Position numbers and translations under genes: made by a program. Of a stretch of DNA of 64,000 bases, positions 18,911 to 29,400 are shown piece after piece (the stretch's first letter is position 1; the number at the start of each line of letters is the position of its first letter). Origin of the DNA: a virus (Duplodnaviria > Heunggongvirae > Uroviricota > Caudoviricetes); IMG/VR virus record IMGVR_UViG_3300016476_001281. One strand, given 5' to 3'. The notes under the pieces were generated by a model, which made no database searches, was not told where the DNA came from, and saw only the letters and a program-made list of their open reading frames with translations.

Positions 18911-19326
18911 TGAGAAAAGTAAGATTGAAATGTATTCAAAAGACAACAAATAAATTGACTTTTGTGAAATTACTGAAAGAAGTAACTGGTTATGGCTTGA
19001 AAGAATCAAAAGATATTGCAGATAATTTTGATTATGACATTAATAGAATTGTTGAGTTTGAAATATCATCAGATGTAAGTATTGAACAATTTAGAAAAGA
19101 CTTAAAGAATGTTGGTGGTGAATATGTAGTAAATGGTGGTCTTGTATTTGAAAGAGAATACAAAATACTAACATTAGGATTAGGAGAAAAAGAAGATTAT
19201 GTTGATTTTATATCAGAGAATTTAAACTTCTTTGATAATAAAGAAGATACAATTAAATTTATACTTAGTAAGTTAGAAAAAGAAGAACTATTAGAATTAA
19301 TAAAAAAATTAGATTATACATCATAA
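18910..19326 (+). CDS. ribosomal protein bL12 (L7/L12) C-terminal-domain-like protein
   Basis: KLTFVKLLKEVTGYGLKESKDIADN closely parallels the L7/L12 C-terminal domain [24 protein letters not shown]. Confidence 0.55.
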   Translation: MRKVRLKCIQKTTNKLTFVKLLKEVTGYGLKESKDIADNFDYDINRIVEFEISSDVSIEQFRKDLKNVGGEYVVNGGLVFEREYKILTLGLGEKEDYVDFISENLNFFDNKEDTIKFILSKLEKEELLELIKKLDYTS

Positions 19327-19329
19327 ATT

Positions 19330-19728
19330 ATGGCAAATGCACATGTACATTCTAAATCATCTGCAAGGAGATTTGGAGGACAATTAGAAGATTATTTAGA
19401 AATCCATATTAAAATGGATTGTTCAAAAGCTTATATCTCAGATAATAGACATAGAGCTTTAACTCATAATGCCTTTTGGATTCATGAAGTTATGATACCT
19501 ATTTTTGGGTACACTATTACTAACTCTGATGGAAAAGAAGTATCTGTGAAAGATATTTGTGAAATTCACATTCTTGAAGATTTTGGAATGAGATTTATTC
19601 CAACTGCACAAGATTATCTTGAACATATGGATTTTAAAGATTGGATGCAAAATGGTATTAAAGATTGTCCAGCATCATTCAAGAAACTAAAAGAAAAAGG
19701 TAATATTAAAAAAACAATGTTAGACTAA
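19330..19728 (+). CDS. hypothetical protein
   Basis: 132-aa ORF. Confidence 0.4.
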   Translation: MANAHVHSKSSARRFGGQLEDYLEIHIKMDCSKAYISDNRHRALTHNAFWIHEVMIPIFGYTITNSDGKEVSVKDICEIHILEDFGMRFIPTAQDYLEHMDFKDWMQNGIKDCPASFKKLKEKGNIKKTMLD

Positions 19729-20453
19729 TGATAGTAGTATGTAAAAAAGCAACAATAAAACTAGTCAAAGGGTTAGAATATAATTTAGTAGGATTAGATA
19801 ATGCAGATCCAACTAAAACAGGTTCAGTAAAAATTGAAGGTTTAGGTTGGTATACAGTTAATAACTTTGAAACAACTGATGGTAAACCTTTACCTAAAAT
19901 TGATATTGCCTTAAAAGTAAGTGAAAGAGAAATAATTAGTTTTGATGATTTATCTAAAGGTGATATTTTAATTTGTAAGACTGATAGTTATAAAACCTTA
20001 GTTAAAGGTGGAATGTATAGAATTGAAGAACTATCAAGCAATACTAAACAAATGACAGGTTGGAGTGGTAATTTATACACACATACTGAGAACTATGTTA
20101 AATTTGAAGGTATTACAAGAAAACTAATGTACAATAGTTGGAGATTTGAAAAACTACCTGTTGGTGATGCAAGAGAAATGGCACTTGAACAAGTTCTTTA
20201 TGATACACCTGATAAAGTAACCAAGACAGATTTTAGAAATAAAAGAAAGATTGAACACATTGAAAATAAAGAAAATGTACTAATGTCAATTTTATCTAAA
20301 TCTATATTAGATGAAAATAGACATAAGTTAAATATTACAGAATGGGCAGTAAGACAATTAGGTAGAAAGATGGATTTAGAAATGGATGATTATTCAGATT
20401 TAATGAATATGAAACTATCAGATATTTTAAAACTAATTGATAATAAAGAATAG
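19728..20453 (+). CDS. hypothetical protein
   Basis: 241-aa ORF. Confidence 0.4.
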   Translation: MIVVCKKATIKLVKGLEYNLVGLDNADPTKTGSVKIEGLGWYTVNNFETTDGKPLPKIDIALKVSEREIISFDDLSKGDILICKTDSYKTLVKGGMYRIEELSSNTKQMTGWSGNLYTHTENYVKFEGITRKLMYNSWRFEKLPVGDAREMALEQVLYDTPDKVTKTDFRNKRKIEHIENKENVLMSILSKSILDENRHKLNITEWAVRQLGRKMDLEMDDYSDLMNMKLSDILKLIDNKE

Positions 20454-20476
20454 AATATAAACATTAATATTAATAT

Positions 20477-20965
20477 ATGAACGTAGACAAATTTGAAAGA
20501 TTGAAACAAAAACAAGCTGAGATTCAGGCATTAAGAAAACAGATGTTGGAAGAATCAAACAAAATTTTTGGTGAGTTAACCAAAGAATTTTTTGATGAAA
20601 ATCCTAAATTGGAATCTTTTGCTTGGACACAATACACCCCATACTTCAATGATGGTGATACTTGTGAGTTCAGTGCAAACACTGATTACATTTATGTAAA
20701 TGGTGAGTACATTGAAGATTGTGATTGGTACCCAAAAACCAATATAACAACTTATGGAAGATGGAATTCTACTTTAAGAGTTTATGAGGGTAGAGTTGAA
20801 GAAGAAAATCCTGACTATGATGAAGATTTGGCAAGGGTAACAGATGAAATTAAGTTATTCTTATCTCATTTTGATGAAGACTTCTTCAAAGAACAATTTG
20901 GTGACCACAACATGGTTACAGTAACAAAAAGTGGTGTTGACACTGATTATTACGAACATGACTAA
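20477..20965 (+). CDS. hypothetical protein
   Basis: 162-aa acidic ORF. Confidence 0.4.
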   Translation: MNVDKFERLKQKQAEIQALRKQMLEESNKIFGELTKEFFDENPKLESFAWTQYTPYFNDGDTCEFSANTDYIYVNGEYIEDCDWYPKTNITTYGRWNSTLRVYEGRVEEENPDYDEDLARVTDEIKLFLSHFDEDFFKEQFGDHNMVTVTKSGVDTDYYEHD

Positions 20966-21021
20966 TTCAACAAAAGAAAATTAACAAAAATTATTAAAAA
21001 CAAAAATTAAAAACAAAAATT

Positions 21022-22926
21022 ATGGTATTAGACTTTTTAGCTAATTATTGGTGGGTTGCTCTTACCCTTGTATGTTTGGTAATGTACAAATTCATTTTAA
21101 GAGTATTTTTTGGTCTTGTAATTGTTCCTGAGAACAAAGTAGGACTTGTTACAAAGAAATTTGTACTTTTTGGTGCAAATAAGCAATTAAGTGGTGATAG
21201 AATTATTGCTACAAATGGAGAAGCAGGTTTCCAAGCAAAAATGCTTGAGACTGGATTACACTGGTTTATGTGGCCTTGGCAGTATTCTGTTGATATGCAA
21301 TCATTTATTGTTATTCCAGAAGGTCATATTGGATTAATTTCCGCAAAAGATGGTCAAGTTCCAGAAACAGGACGTATCTTAGGACGTAGAGTAGATTGTG
21401 AGGATTATCAAGATGCTGAAGCTTTCTTAAAAAATGGTGGTCAAAAAGGTCGTCAAGCTTCATATATCACAAATGGTAGTTATAAAATCAATACTTTACT
21501 ATTTGAAGTATCAACTGTTAAACAAGCTCATATTCAAGAGAATATGGTGGGTATTGTTACAACATTAGATGGTGAACCACTTGAAGCTGGACAAATATCT
21601 GGTAAATCAGTAGATGGACACAATAACTTCCAAGACTTTAATAAGTTCTTAGAACAAGGTGGTAATCGTGGTTTACAACAACAAGTAATACTTGCAGGAT
21701 CTTATAACTTAAACCCTTGGGCTGTTCAAGTAGAAGAAGTAGAAATGACTAACATTCCAATTGGTACAGTTGGTGTTGTTATCTCTTATGTTGGTGAAGA
21801 AGGAGTTGATGTAACTGGTGCAAACTTTAAACATGGTAACTTAGTATCTAAAGGTCAAAAAGGTGTTTGTATTGAGCCACTTGGTCCAGGTAAATACCCG
21901 ATTAACCCAAGAACTACTAAAATTGAAATTGTCCCTACAACTAACCTTGTACTTAACTGGGCAAATGCAAGAACTGAGTCTCATAACTTAGATAAAGGAT
22001 TAAGTACAATTACTGTTCGTTCTAAAGATGGTTTCCCATTCAACTTAGATGTTTCTCAAATTATCCACATTCCAATGACAGAAGCACCTAAAGTAATTGC
22101 ACGTTTTGGTAATATGAATAACCTTGTATCACAAGTTCTTGAACCAACAATTGGTAACTATTTCAGAAACTCTGCACAAGACCAAGATGTTATCTCTTTC
22201 TTAACAACACGTAAAGAAAGACAAGAATCTGCAAAAACTCACATTTCAACAGTTCTTGAAGAATACAATGTACATGCAGTAGATACACTTATTGGAGATA
22301 TTACTCCACCAGAATCATTAATGAAAACATTAACTGATCGTAAAATTGCAGAAGAACAACAAGTAACATTTGAGACTCAGAAAAAAGCTCAAGTACAACG
22401 TCAGTCTCTTGAAAAAGAAACAGCAATTGCTGATATGCAAGGTGAAGTAGTAAAAGCAGACCAAGGTGTTCAAATCTCTGAGAGATTGGCTGATGCTGCA
22501 GTTAAGAAATCAACAGGGGATGCTCGTTCAGTAAAAATTGCAGCTGAGGCTAATGCTGAGGCTACAAAATTAAATGCAGAAGCAGAAGCAACAAGAAAAA
22601 CTCTTATTGGTGAAGCAGAAGCAAATGCTATCTTAGCAGTAGGTAAATCTACAGCAGAAGCATACAAATTGGCAGTAGATGCAATGGGTAAAGATAACTT
22701 TACAACATTCAAAGTAACAGAAGAGATTGGTAAAGGTAAAGTGAAAATTATGCCAGACTTATTAATCAATGGTAATGGAACAGGTGGTAATGGTTCATTA
22801 GATGGATTACTTGGAATGCAAATCATGGATATGATGGGTAAAGGTATGAAACAACCAACAACCAATGTAATTGACACTCCTGCAGTAGTTGAAGATACTA
22901 ATGACAAAAAATCTTCTAAAAAGTAA
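21022..22926 (+). CDS. SPFH/band-7 flotillin-like membrane protein (YqiK-like)
   Basis: The N-terminus has a TM helix. The C-terminus has an Ala/Glu-rich flotillin-type repeat region: AAEANAEATKLNAEAEATRKTLIGEAEANA. Confidence 0.45.
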   Translation: MVLDFLANYWWVALTLVCLVMYKFILRVFFGLVIVPENKVGLVTKKFVLFGANKQLSGDRIIATNGEAGFQAKMLETGLHWFMWPWQYSVDMQSFIVIPEGHIGLISAKDGQVPETGRILGRRVDCEDYQDAEAFLKNGGQKGRQASYITNGSYKINTLLFEVSTVKQAHIQENMVGIVTTLDGEPLEAGQISGKSVDGHNNFQDFNKFLEQGGNRGLQQQVILAGSYNLNPWAVQVEEVEMTNIPIGTVGVVISYVGEEGVDVTGANFKHGNLVSKGQKGVCIEPLGPGKYPINPRTTKIEIVPTTNLVLNWANARTESHNLDKGLSTITVRSKDGFPFNLDVSQIIHIPMTEAPKVIARFGNMNNLVSQVLEPTIGNYFRNSAQDQDVISFLTTRKERQESAKTHISTVLEEYNVHAVDTLIGDITPPESLMKTLTDRKIAEEQQVTFETQKKAQVQRQSLEKETAIADMQGEVVKADQGVQISERLADAAVKKSTGDARSVKIAAEANAEATKLNAEAEATRKTLIGEAEANAILAVGKSTAEAYKLAVDAMGKDNFTTFKVTEEIGKGKVKIMPDLLINGNGTGGNGSLDGLLGMQIMDMMGKGMKQPTTNVIDTPAVVEDTNDKKSSKK

Positions 22927-22946
22927 TAATAACTTTTTATAATACT

Positions 22947-22978
22947 AAAACCTCTATTGAAAAATAGAGGTTTTTTTA
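22947..22978 (+). terminator. rho-independent terminator
   Basis: Hairpin CCTCTATT-gaaa-AATAGAGG followed by TTTTTTT. Confidence 0.65.
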
Positions 22979-23002
22979 TTTCTATTTTTTAATATATAGT
23001 TT

Positions 23003-23431
23003 ATGAAGTATATTAAATTGTATGAAAATTTAAGACAACCAACTTATAAAAGAGGTGAGATAATCATTTGGTCTGACAACGTTAAGAATAAAGATGTTGA
23101 CTATGATTTTGCCAAAGTATTATTTAAAAGATTGGGACTTGAATTAGTAGGTGAACCTTATGATGGTGGATTTTTAGTTAAATGTGAACCAGGTAAAGAA
23201 GTAGAAACTGCTGAAAAAGTATTAGCTAAGTTTCCTGAATTTTTTGATAGTTATGAAAGAGAAGATATTAGACAACCTTTTATATGGAATAAAATTGAAC
23301 AAATAACTGATAAGGTTTCTGGTCTTGAAGATTTCTTTGATAAATTAGATAAGAAATTTGTTAATGTAAAGAAGTTTAATGATTATGTTGATTACATCAT
23401 TAAAGACCTTGAAGAATTAAAAATAAAATAA
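23003..23431 (+). CDS. hypothetical protein
   Basis: 142-aa ORF with a TTTTAATATATAG box ending 3 nt before the ATG. Confidence 0.4.
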   Translation: MKYIKLYENLRQPTYKRGEIIIWSDNVKNKDVDYDFAKVLFKRLGLELVGEPYDGGFLVKCEPGKEVETAEKVLAKFPEFFDSYEREDIRQPFIWNKIEQITDKVSGLEDFFDKLDKKFVNVKKFNDYVDYIIKDLEELKIK

Positions 23432-23435
23432 AAAT

Positions 23436-24194
23436 ATGCAATACTTACAAACATTTGAACAATTAAATGAATCTAATAAAAATGAACTTGTTAAGAAATT
23501 ATTAGAAAAATTTTCTAAATTAGATATAAATAAACTTAAAAAAATATTAGATCCTTATAAAGATACATTAAAAAAATATTATGATAAATATTCAAAAGAT
23601 AATGTTGTTGATGTACAATTAATCTATAATGATTTAAAAAGATTTAGTTTTACAAGTGAAAGATATAGTTGGGAAGAACCAGAAGATTATGCAGATGATA
23701 CTTCTAATAATATAATTTTAAGAATATTATATAAAGTATTTGTTAGATTTCCAAAAAATATTGTTACAGGAATATGGGAAATTTTTAAAGAAACTGTTAT
23801 TGAATTGTTTCAAGAAGGTGAGTATTTTATGGGGTCATTAATGTCAATAATTTGGGTTATTGCAGCTATATTAGCATTTGTTATTTCAGTTTATACATTT
23901 CAATTTGTAGATATGTCATTTAATGGATTGGAAAAGGGTACAATAACAAGTGAACTTACTTTTACACCAGCACATAATCAACCAATAGTAAATACTGTAA
24001 GTAATGGTAAAACAACATATACCTACACAACATACATTTGGGTTCCTGATACATGGACTGCACAAGTTACTGGTGATAATGGTAGAGTAGAAGATTGGTC
24101 AACAACTAACTCAAATTTAGTAGATCATGTAAAGAAGGGTGATCATATAAAAAATGATCAAAATTGGACTTGGACATTCACTGAAAAAAGATAA
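23436..24194 (+). CDS. hypothetical membrane protein
   Basis: 252 aa with a central TM helix (SLMSIIWVIAAILAFVISVYTF). Confidence 0.4.
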   Translation: MQYLQTFEQLNESNKNELVKKLLEKFSKLDINKLKKILDPYKDTLKKYYDKYSKDNVVDVQLIYNDLKRFSFTSERYSWEEPEDYADDTSNNIILRILYKVFVRFPKNIVTGIWEIFKETVIELFQEGEYFMGSLMSIIWVIAAILAFVISVYTFQFVDMSFNGLEKGTITSELTFTPAHNQPIVNTVSNGKTTYTYTTYIWVPDTWTAQVTGDNGRVEDWSTTNSNLVDHVKKGDHIKNDQNWTWTFTEKR

Positions 24195-24197
24195 TAA

Positions 24198-24231
24198 AAA
24201 AACCTCATATAAAAATATGAGGTTTTTTGTT
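24198..24231. terminator. bidirectional rho-independent terminator between convergent genes
   Basis: Hairpin CCTCATAT-aaaa-ATATGAGG flanked by an A-run upstream and a T-run downstream. Confidence 0.6.
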
Positions 24232-24241
24232 TGAATTAGTA

Positions 24242-25333
24242 TTAACCCAATGTTAAGAAGATTTTACGTGAACTTCTATCAACTGATAAAACTTTCACTC
24301 TAATATCTTGTCCAGATGTAAACTTCTTACCAAGTTTCTCCATTTCTGATGTGTGGATTAATCCAACTGTTTCATCATCTAAGATAACTAAAGTACCAAA
24401 TTGTTTAACATCTTTCACTCTACCTTCAATCAACTGACCATTTTTGATAGTGTCCCACAAAGTTTCTCTCAAAACTTGAGTAAGGATAATCTTATCTTTA
24501 ATGATTTCTTTGATGTAGAACTCAATTTCTTGTCCTGGTTTAATTTCAGTTATTCTGTTTTGCCACTCTTCTGTTACATTAGCTTTGTGGATCATACCAG
24601 TTAAACATTCATTAAACTCAACAAAGATACCAAATGGTGTAGTACCAGTAACTCTACCAGAGTAAAGAGTATTGAACTCAAGATTCCCAATTTCATCAGG
24701 AATTAAACTTTGTAGATACTTTCTACGACTTACAATGTAAGTTCCTTCATGTTCAGAGAATGACTCAACCATTACTTGGAAAGTGTCTCCAATAATAGAA
24801 CTTGGGTCATAAAGTTTGTTGATACCAGCTAAGGTATTAGGCATAAATGCTGGAAGAGTAACTCCACCATTTGTCAACTCTACATCGTAACCTGCAGGGT
24901 TTAAAGCTCTAATATAAGCAGTTACTGATTCTCCTTCCTCTAAAGACTTCATATTTTCATGAGCAATAGATTCATACAAAGAAGCAATACTTCCTTTGAT
25001 AAAGTAGGTACTTTGAACTACCTCTGTGATTAACAAATCAACCTCATCTCCAATTTCAATAGAGTTAAGATATTTTGCTTCATTTGGTTTGTTCTCAATA
25101 CGAACATCATCTTTGTAACCAACAACACTGAACACAAATTGATTTGACATCATACCAATATAGGTAGATCTCACTACTGAACCAGCAGTAGGTGTCTCTA
25201 TTTGAATAGAGTCATAAAGTGAATCAAGGTATTTATCTTGTAACTTTTGTCCTCTTTTATATGTATCATCTGCATATAAAAGGTCAAAGTCTGGGTTACC
25301 TAATTCTGGGTTTAAAATTTCATTTTGCGTCAT
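24242..25333 (-). CDS. multi-S1-domain RNA-binding protein (ribosomal protein bS1-like)
   Basis: Repeated S1 folds are present, for example GRVKDVKQFGTLVILDDETVGLIHTSEM...VKVLSVDRSSRKIFLTLG and GRVTGTTPFGIFVEFNECLTGMIHKANV. Confidence 0.55.
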   Translation of the reverse strand: MTQNEILNPELGNPDFDLLYADDTYKRGQKLQDKYLDSLYDSIQIETPTAGSVVRSTYIGMMSNQFVFSVVGYKDDVRIENKPNEAKYLNSIEIGDEVDLLITEVVQSTYFIKGSIASLYESIAHENMKSLEEGESVTAYIRALNPAGYDVELTNGGVTLPAFMPNTLAGINKLYDPSSIIGDTFQVMVESFSEHEGTYIVSRRKYLQSLIPDEIGNLEFNTLYSGRVTGTTPFGIFVEFNECLTGMIHKANVTEEWQNRITEIKPGQEIEFYIKEIIKDKIILTQVLRETLWDTIKNGQLIEGRVKDVKQFGTLVILDDETVGLIHTSEMEKLGKKFTSGQDIRVKVLSVDRSSRKIFLTLG

Positions 25334-25385
25334 ATTTATTTAATTTAAGTGTTTAAGTTTTATTAGTAAAATTGAAAAAGTTTAA

Positions 25386-25733
25386 TTATTTCAATCTTTT
25401 TATTTTATTTTTTATCATATAATCTCTGAGTTTTGCAGCTTCTTCAAAATTTTCATTCTTGATAAGAATATCCATTTTCTCATTGGCTTCCTTAGTAATC
25501 TCTTCTACAGACTTTTTAGATTTCTTAACATCCAAAATTGAGTTGTAAAACTCATTCATTTCTGTTATATCTGTAAAATACTTATTGTTTTCTAATTTAT
25601 CTGATTTTGCTATTTTATTATAGAAATCTTTAGTCAGTGCAGAGTTATCTATTAGATACTTAGCAAGATGATAAGGTCTATTCTTAAATAGTTTTAGAAA
25701 ATTTACTAGATTATTTTGAAATTCTTCATTCAT
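25386..25733 (-). CDS. small UVR-domain-containing protein
   Basis: The C-terminal FEEAAKLRDYMIKNK matches the UVR motif (FEEAAxLRD) found in UvrB, UvrC and McsA. Confidence 0.35.
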   Translation of the reverse strand: MNEEFQNNLVNFLKLFKNRPYHLAKYLIDNSALTKDFYNKIAKSDKLENNKYFTDITEMNEFYNSILDVKKSKKSVEEITKEANEKMDILIKNENFEEAAKLRDYMIKNKIKRLK

Positions 25734-25763
25734 AACTTTTTTATGAAATTGAATTAAGTAAGT

Positions 25764-26453
25764 TTATATTTTCTCAAATAAAATATTGAAAAAATAATCA
25801 AATCTATAAGTTGAACTTGGTTTCTCCTGATTAAAAGTAACCTTAATAGAAGACTGATCAAACTCAGTTTCAGTCTGTAACTTAGTTAAAAGGTTAGAGT
25901 TATTAATAATATTTTTACTCCACTCATTTTTGTATCTTAATACATTTTGATTTCTCAAATCTATATAATTTACATATAATTGAATACCTTTAAATTTATA
26001 TCTACTAAGAATATTGTAGTTTATATAACTTTTAATTGCAGTATCAACATTAGAATAAATGTTCATATCACTTTTTATACCTTCAAATGTTCTATACTTT
26101 TTAAGTGTAGCAAATAAGTAATTAGTTATTATAGTTTCCAAATCTATTGTTAATATCCATCTTGTGTTATTATCTAATTGATATTTTGGTTGAGCAGGAT
26201 CCAAAACTAAAGTATGATTGTTTTGTTTATCTAAAGAAGAAGAATAAACAATAGAAGCCAATGATGATTCAATTGAAAAATCTAATTGTTCACCATTTTG
26301 ATTTTGATAGTAGATTATATCTAATGTATCTATACTTATACTATCTTCTATTTCTAACATCTTTGCACCAAAAAATGTACTTTCTTCAAGCATGTTTAGT
26401 GTTCCATAAACTGCTTTAGTTTGATACTCTGGTGATATATAACTTCTTCTCAT
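25764..26453 (-). CDS. hypothetical protein (structural module)
   Basis: 229-aa ORF upstream of the giant structural genes. Confidence 0.35.
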   Translation of the reverse strand: MRRSYISPEYQTKAVYGTLNMLEESTFFGAKMLEIEDSISIDTLDIIYYQNQNGEQLDFSIESSLASIVYSSSLDKQNNHTLVLDPAQPKYQLDNNTRWILTIDLETIITNYLFATLKKYRTFEGIKSDMNIYSNVDTAIKSYINYNILSRYKFKGIQLYVNYIDLRNQNVLRYKNEWSKNIINNSNLLTKLQTETEFDQSSIKVTFNQEKPSSTYRFDYFFNILFEKI

Positions 26454-26461
26454 TTTTTCTT

Positions 26462-29400
26462 TTAATTTGATGGTCCAATATTTGTTGGTATTGTAATAGG
26501 TATTACTATATTATTGTTATTTACAACATTTTCATCTATTGTATATTTATCTAAGTAATCCTTATTTGATTTTGATAAAGATGTCTCTAAATAGTATTTT
26601 AAGTCCCAAGTTGATGAGAATATTAAAAAGTCATAGATAGAATAACCAAACTCATCTAACATTGGATAAATAGATTTCTCATCTTCATTATCTTTTAGTT
26701 TTAGAATACTTCCTTTTCTATTTATTTTTCTAACTTTTCTTTCCTTAATAATACCAAAGTTTGTTAATGTAGTATCAAATAAATAATTACCTACCTTTTT
26801 ATATTCATAATCTCTCTTAAACAATTCTATATCATAGAATAGTGGCATATAATAACCACTAAATCTATAAATAGTATCTTTTAAGATATTTTTTGAACCA
26901 TGATAATTTTCTGTAACTTTTGGTGCAAACTGATTTTCAATTATATTAACACCAACTGGATTATCATTATAATAATTCAACTGATTAATATTTAATATCT
27001 TACCCTTTTCAAGTTTATTAACAGGATTTAATGTGTTAGGTAGATAAATAGGTCTTTTTAATAAAGATTGTATTTTAACATCTAAACTATCAGGCCCTTC
27101 ACATTTTATTATATATGGTAAATCAACTATATTATTAGTATAACTATACTTTTTAATAGTATTGTCTTCATCAATAACCACATAAGAAACATAATCAGTA
27201 AATCCATATTTATTAGTTATATCATTGATTGCACTAATAAAGTTAGTAGCTGTTAATTTTTTATATAACTCATTATAAAGGTCATCTCTATTTGTAGATG
27301 CAACATTAGTATAAGTATTATCAGATATATTTATATTAACTAATATATTCTTCCACTTTTTATTTATATAAATTATAATACCATTATCAAGAGTTGAACT
27401 ATTACTAAAATTTGTTGCTTTATAATACTTATCATTCAATAGAATAATTGGATTTTTATCAACACCATAGTTAAAATTAGTATCTGGAACTAAACTATAT
27501 TGTCTTTCCCATCCAGCAAAAACTCCAGGCTCTAAACCAGGTAATATTTCAGTAAATATTATTGAAGGTCTTGATAATTCTACTATATCAATAGTATCAA
27601 TAATACCATTTATAAATGTTGTATTTTTATATAATACATTATTATGTACTATATATGACAATGGGTTATATTTTTTGGTAGGATTCCAAATCTCAACTAT
27701 TTTCCAATTAAATGAATCATTAGTTGGTATAGTAGATTCTGTTTTTTCCCATACAAGAGTATTAGTAATTTGATTTTCTTTATTATTATCAGTTAATGAG
27801 ATATAATAAAAATCTTCACCTGTGTTATAAACTACTTCATTTTTAGAATAAGTATTTTCATAGACAAATGGTTTAATTGTTTCTATATCAACCCATTTAT
27901 TTTGATAAGGATGATATTTATTATCACTAGTATTTGATATATAAACTTTATTGTTATACATAACAATACTTCCTGTTCCATAATTTGTGGTACTATTTGT
28001 AGGTGGTAACCAAAAATCTATACCACCTTCTATAGTTGTTCTCTCCCAATACTCACCTGAATTATAAACATGAGGCATATTTGAATCACCAGACCAAAAT
28101 ATTGTTGGATTATCTATATCATTATAAATAGTCCAACCTTGATTATTTGGACAAGATAAAATACCATCAATTGTTGGACCACAAGGACCTAAGTTACCTG
28201 ATGTTAGATTTTGATATAAAATATCATCAAATACAACAAATGAACCAGATGGATAAGATTTATCCATTTTCCATTCATCAATTATATCCCATTCTAAATT
28301 ATTTGAAGATTGTGTTAATGATCCTGTATTTGTAACACTCCAATCATTATCAGATAATAAAACAGATAATTTATAATCTTCAAAATCATTATTTGATGAT
28401 ATATTAATTTTATCAATTTGATTATTTGAGTTTAGATTAACTCCTTCTACTTTATAAATTTCAAATCTAATACCTCTAAATAAACTATGATTAGGTACAG
28501 AATCATCACCAACATTAAAATATGAATATTTTTTAGTATTTTTCTTAATATCACCATTTAAAAATTGTGTTTGTTTACTAAAGAAATAAGAAAAATAATC
28601 ATATGAATAAGTACCAACATTTAAGTATTTCTCTAAATCAAACTTAAATGTAGTATCAATAGAATTATCATCATTGAAATTCTCAACATGTAATGTATGA
28701 TGTAAGTATGATGATGTAGCAGAATTTATTGTATAGAAATAATCTAAATTTCTTTCAATTCTTTTTGGATGAATATCAAAAACATTTGTAGTTCTATTAT
28801 AATCTTCAAATATCAAAGAGTTATTTAATAAGTAAGGCATATCATTTCCTGATATAGAATTTTGAAAACCAAATCTACAATAAACTGGGTTTTTTCTCCA
28901 TATCTCAGATAAATTACCTGTTGTATCATCAATTTTGAAAGTTTCATAATTAGCAGTATATTCAGATGACACAGGAATTTTAACAACTTCATTTTTATAA
29001 ACAAAGTCATCTAAATCTCTTGGATCATTCTTACTTGTTAAATCTTCAAAATACATTTTTGTCTCATCTGTATTAGTAAGTTCTGTTAACTTCTCATACT
29101 CATATTTAGAATACTCAGTATCAACTAATCTATCATCAAAATCTTTAATATCAGTAAGTTTCAATTTATAAATATTAAAGATTGTAGGTGGATTATTAAA
29201 ATCAACTATTGTATTGACTGTTTTCTCAATACCATTTACTTTATAAGTATAACTATTTTCATTAAATTGAAATGAATAATCACTATTAACATATATTGAA
29301 TTGGTTGAGCCAATCAAGTTATGATAAACACCATCTATATTAATTAACCAAATATCAGCATCTTCAAACTCATCAATTACAACTGGGTTACTACTCATAT

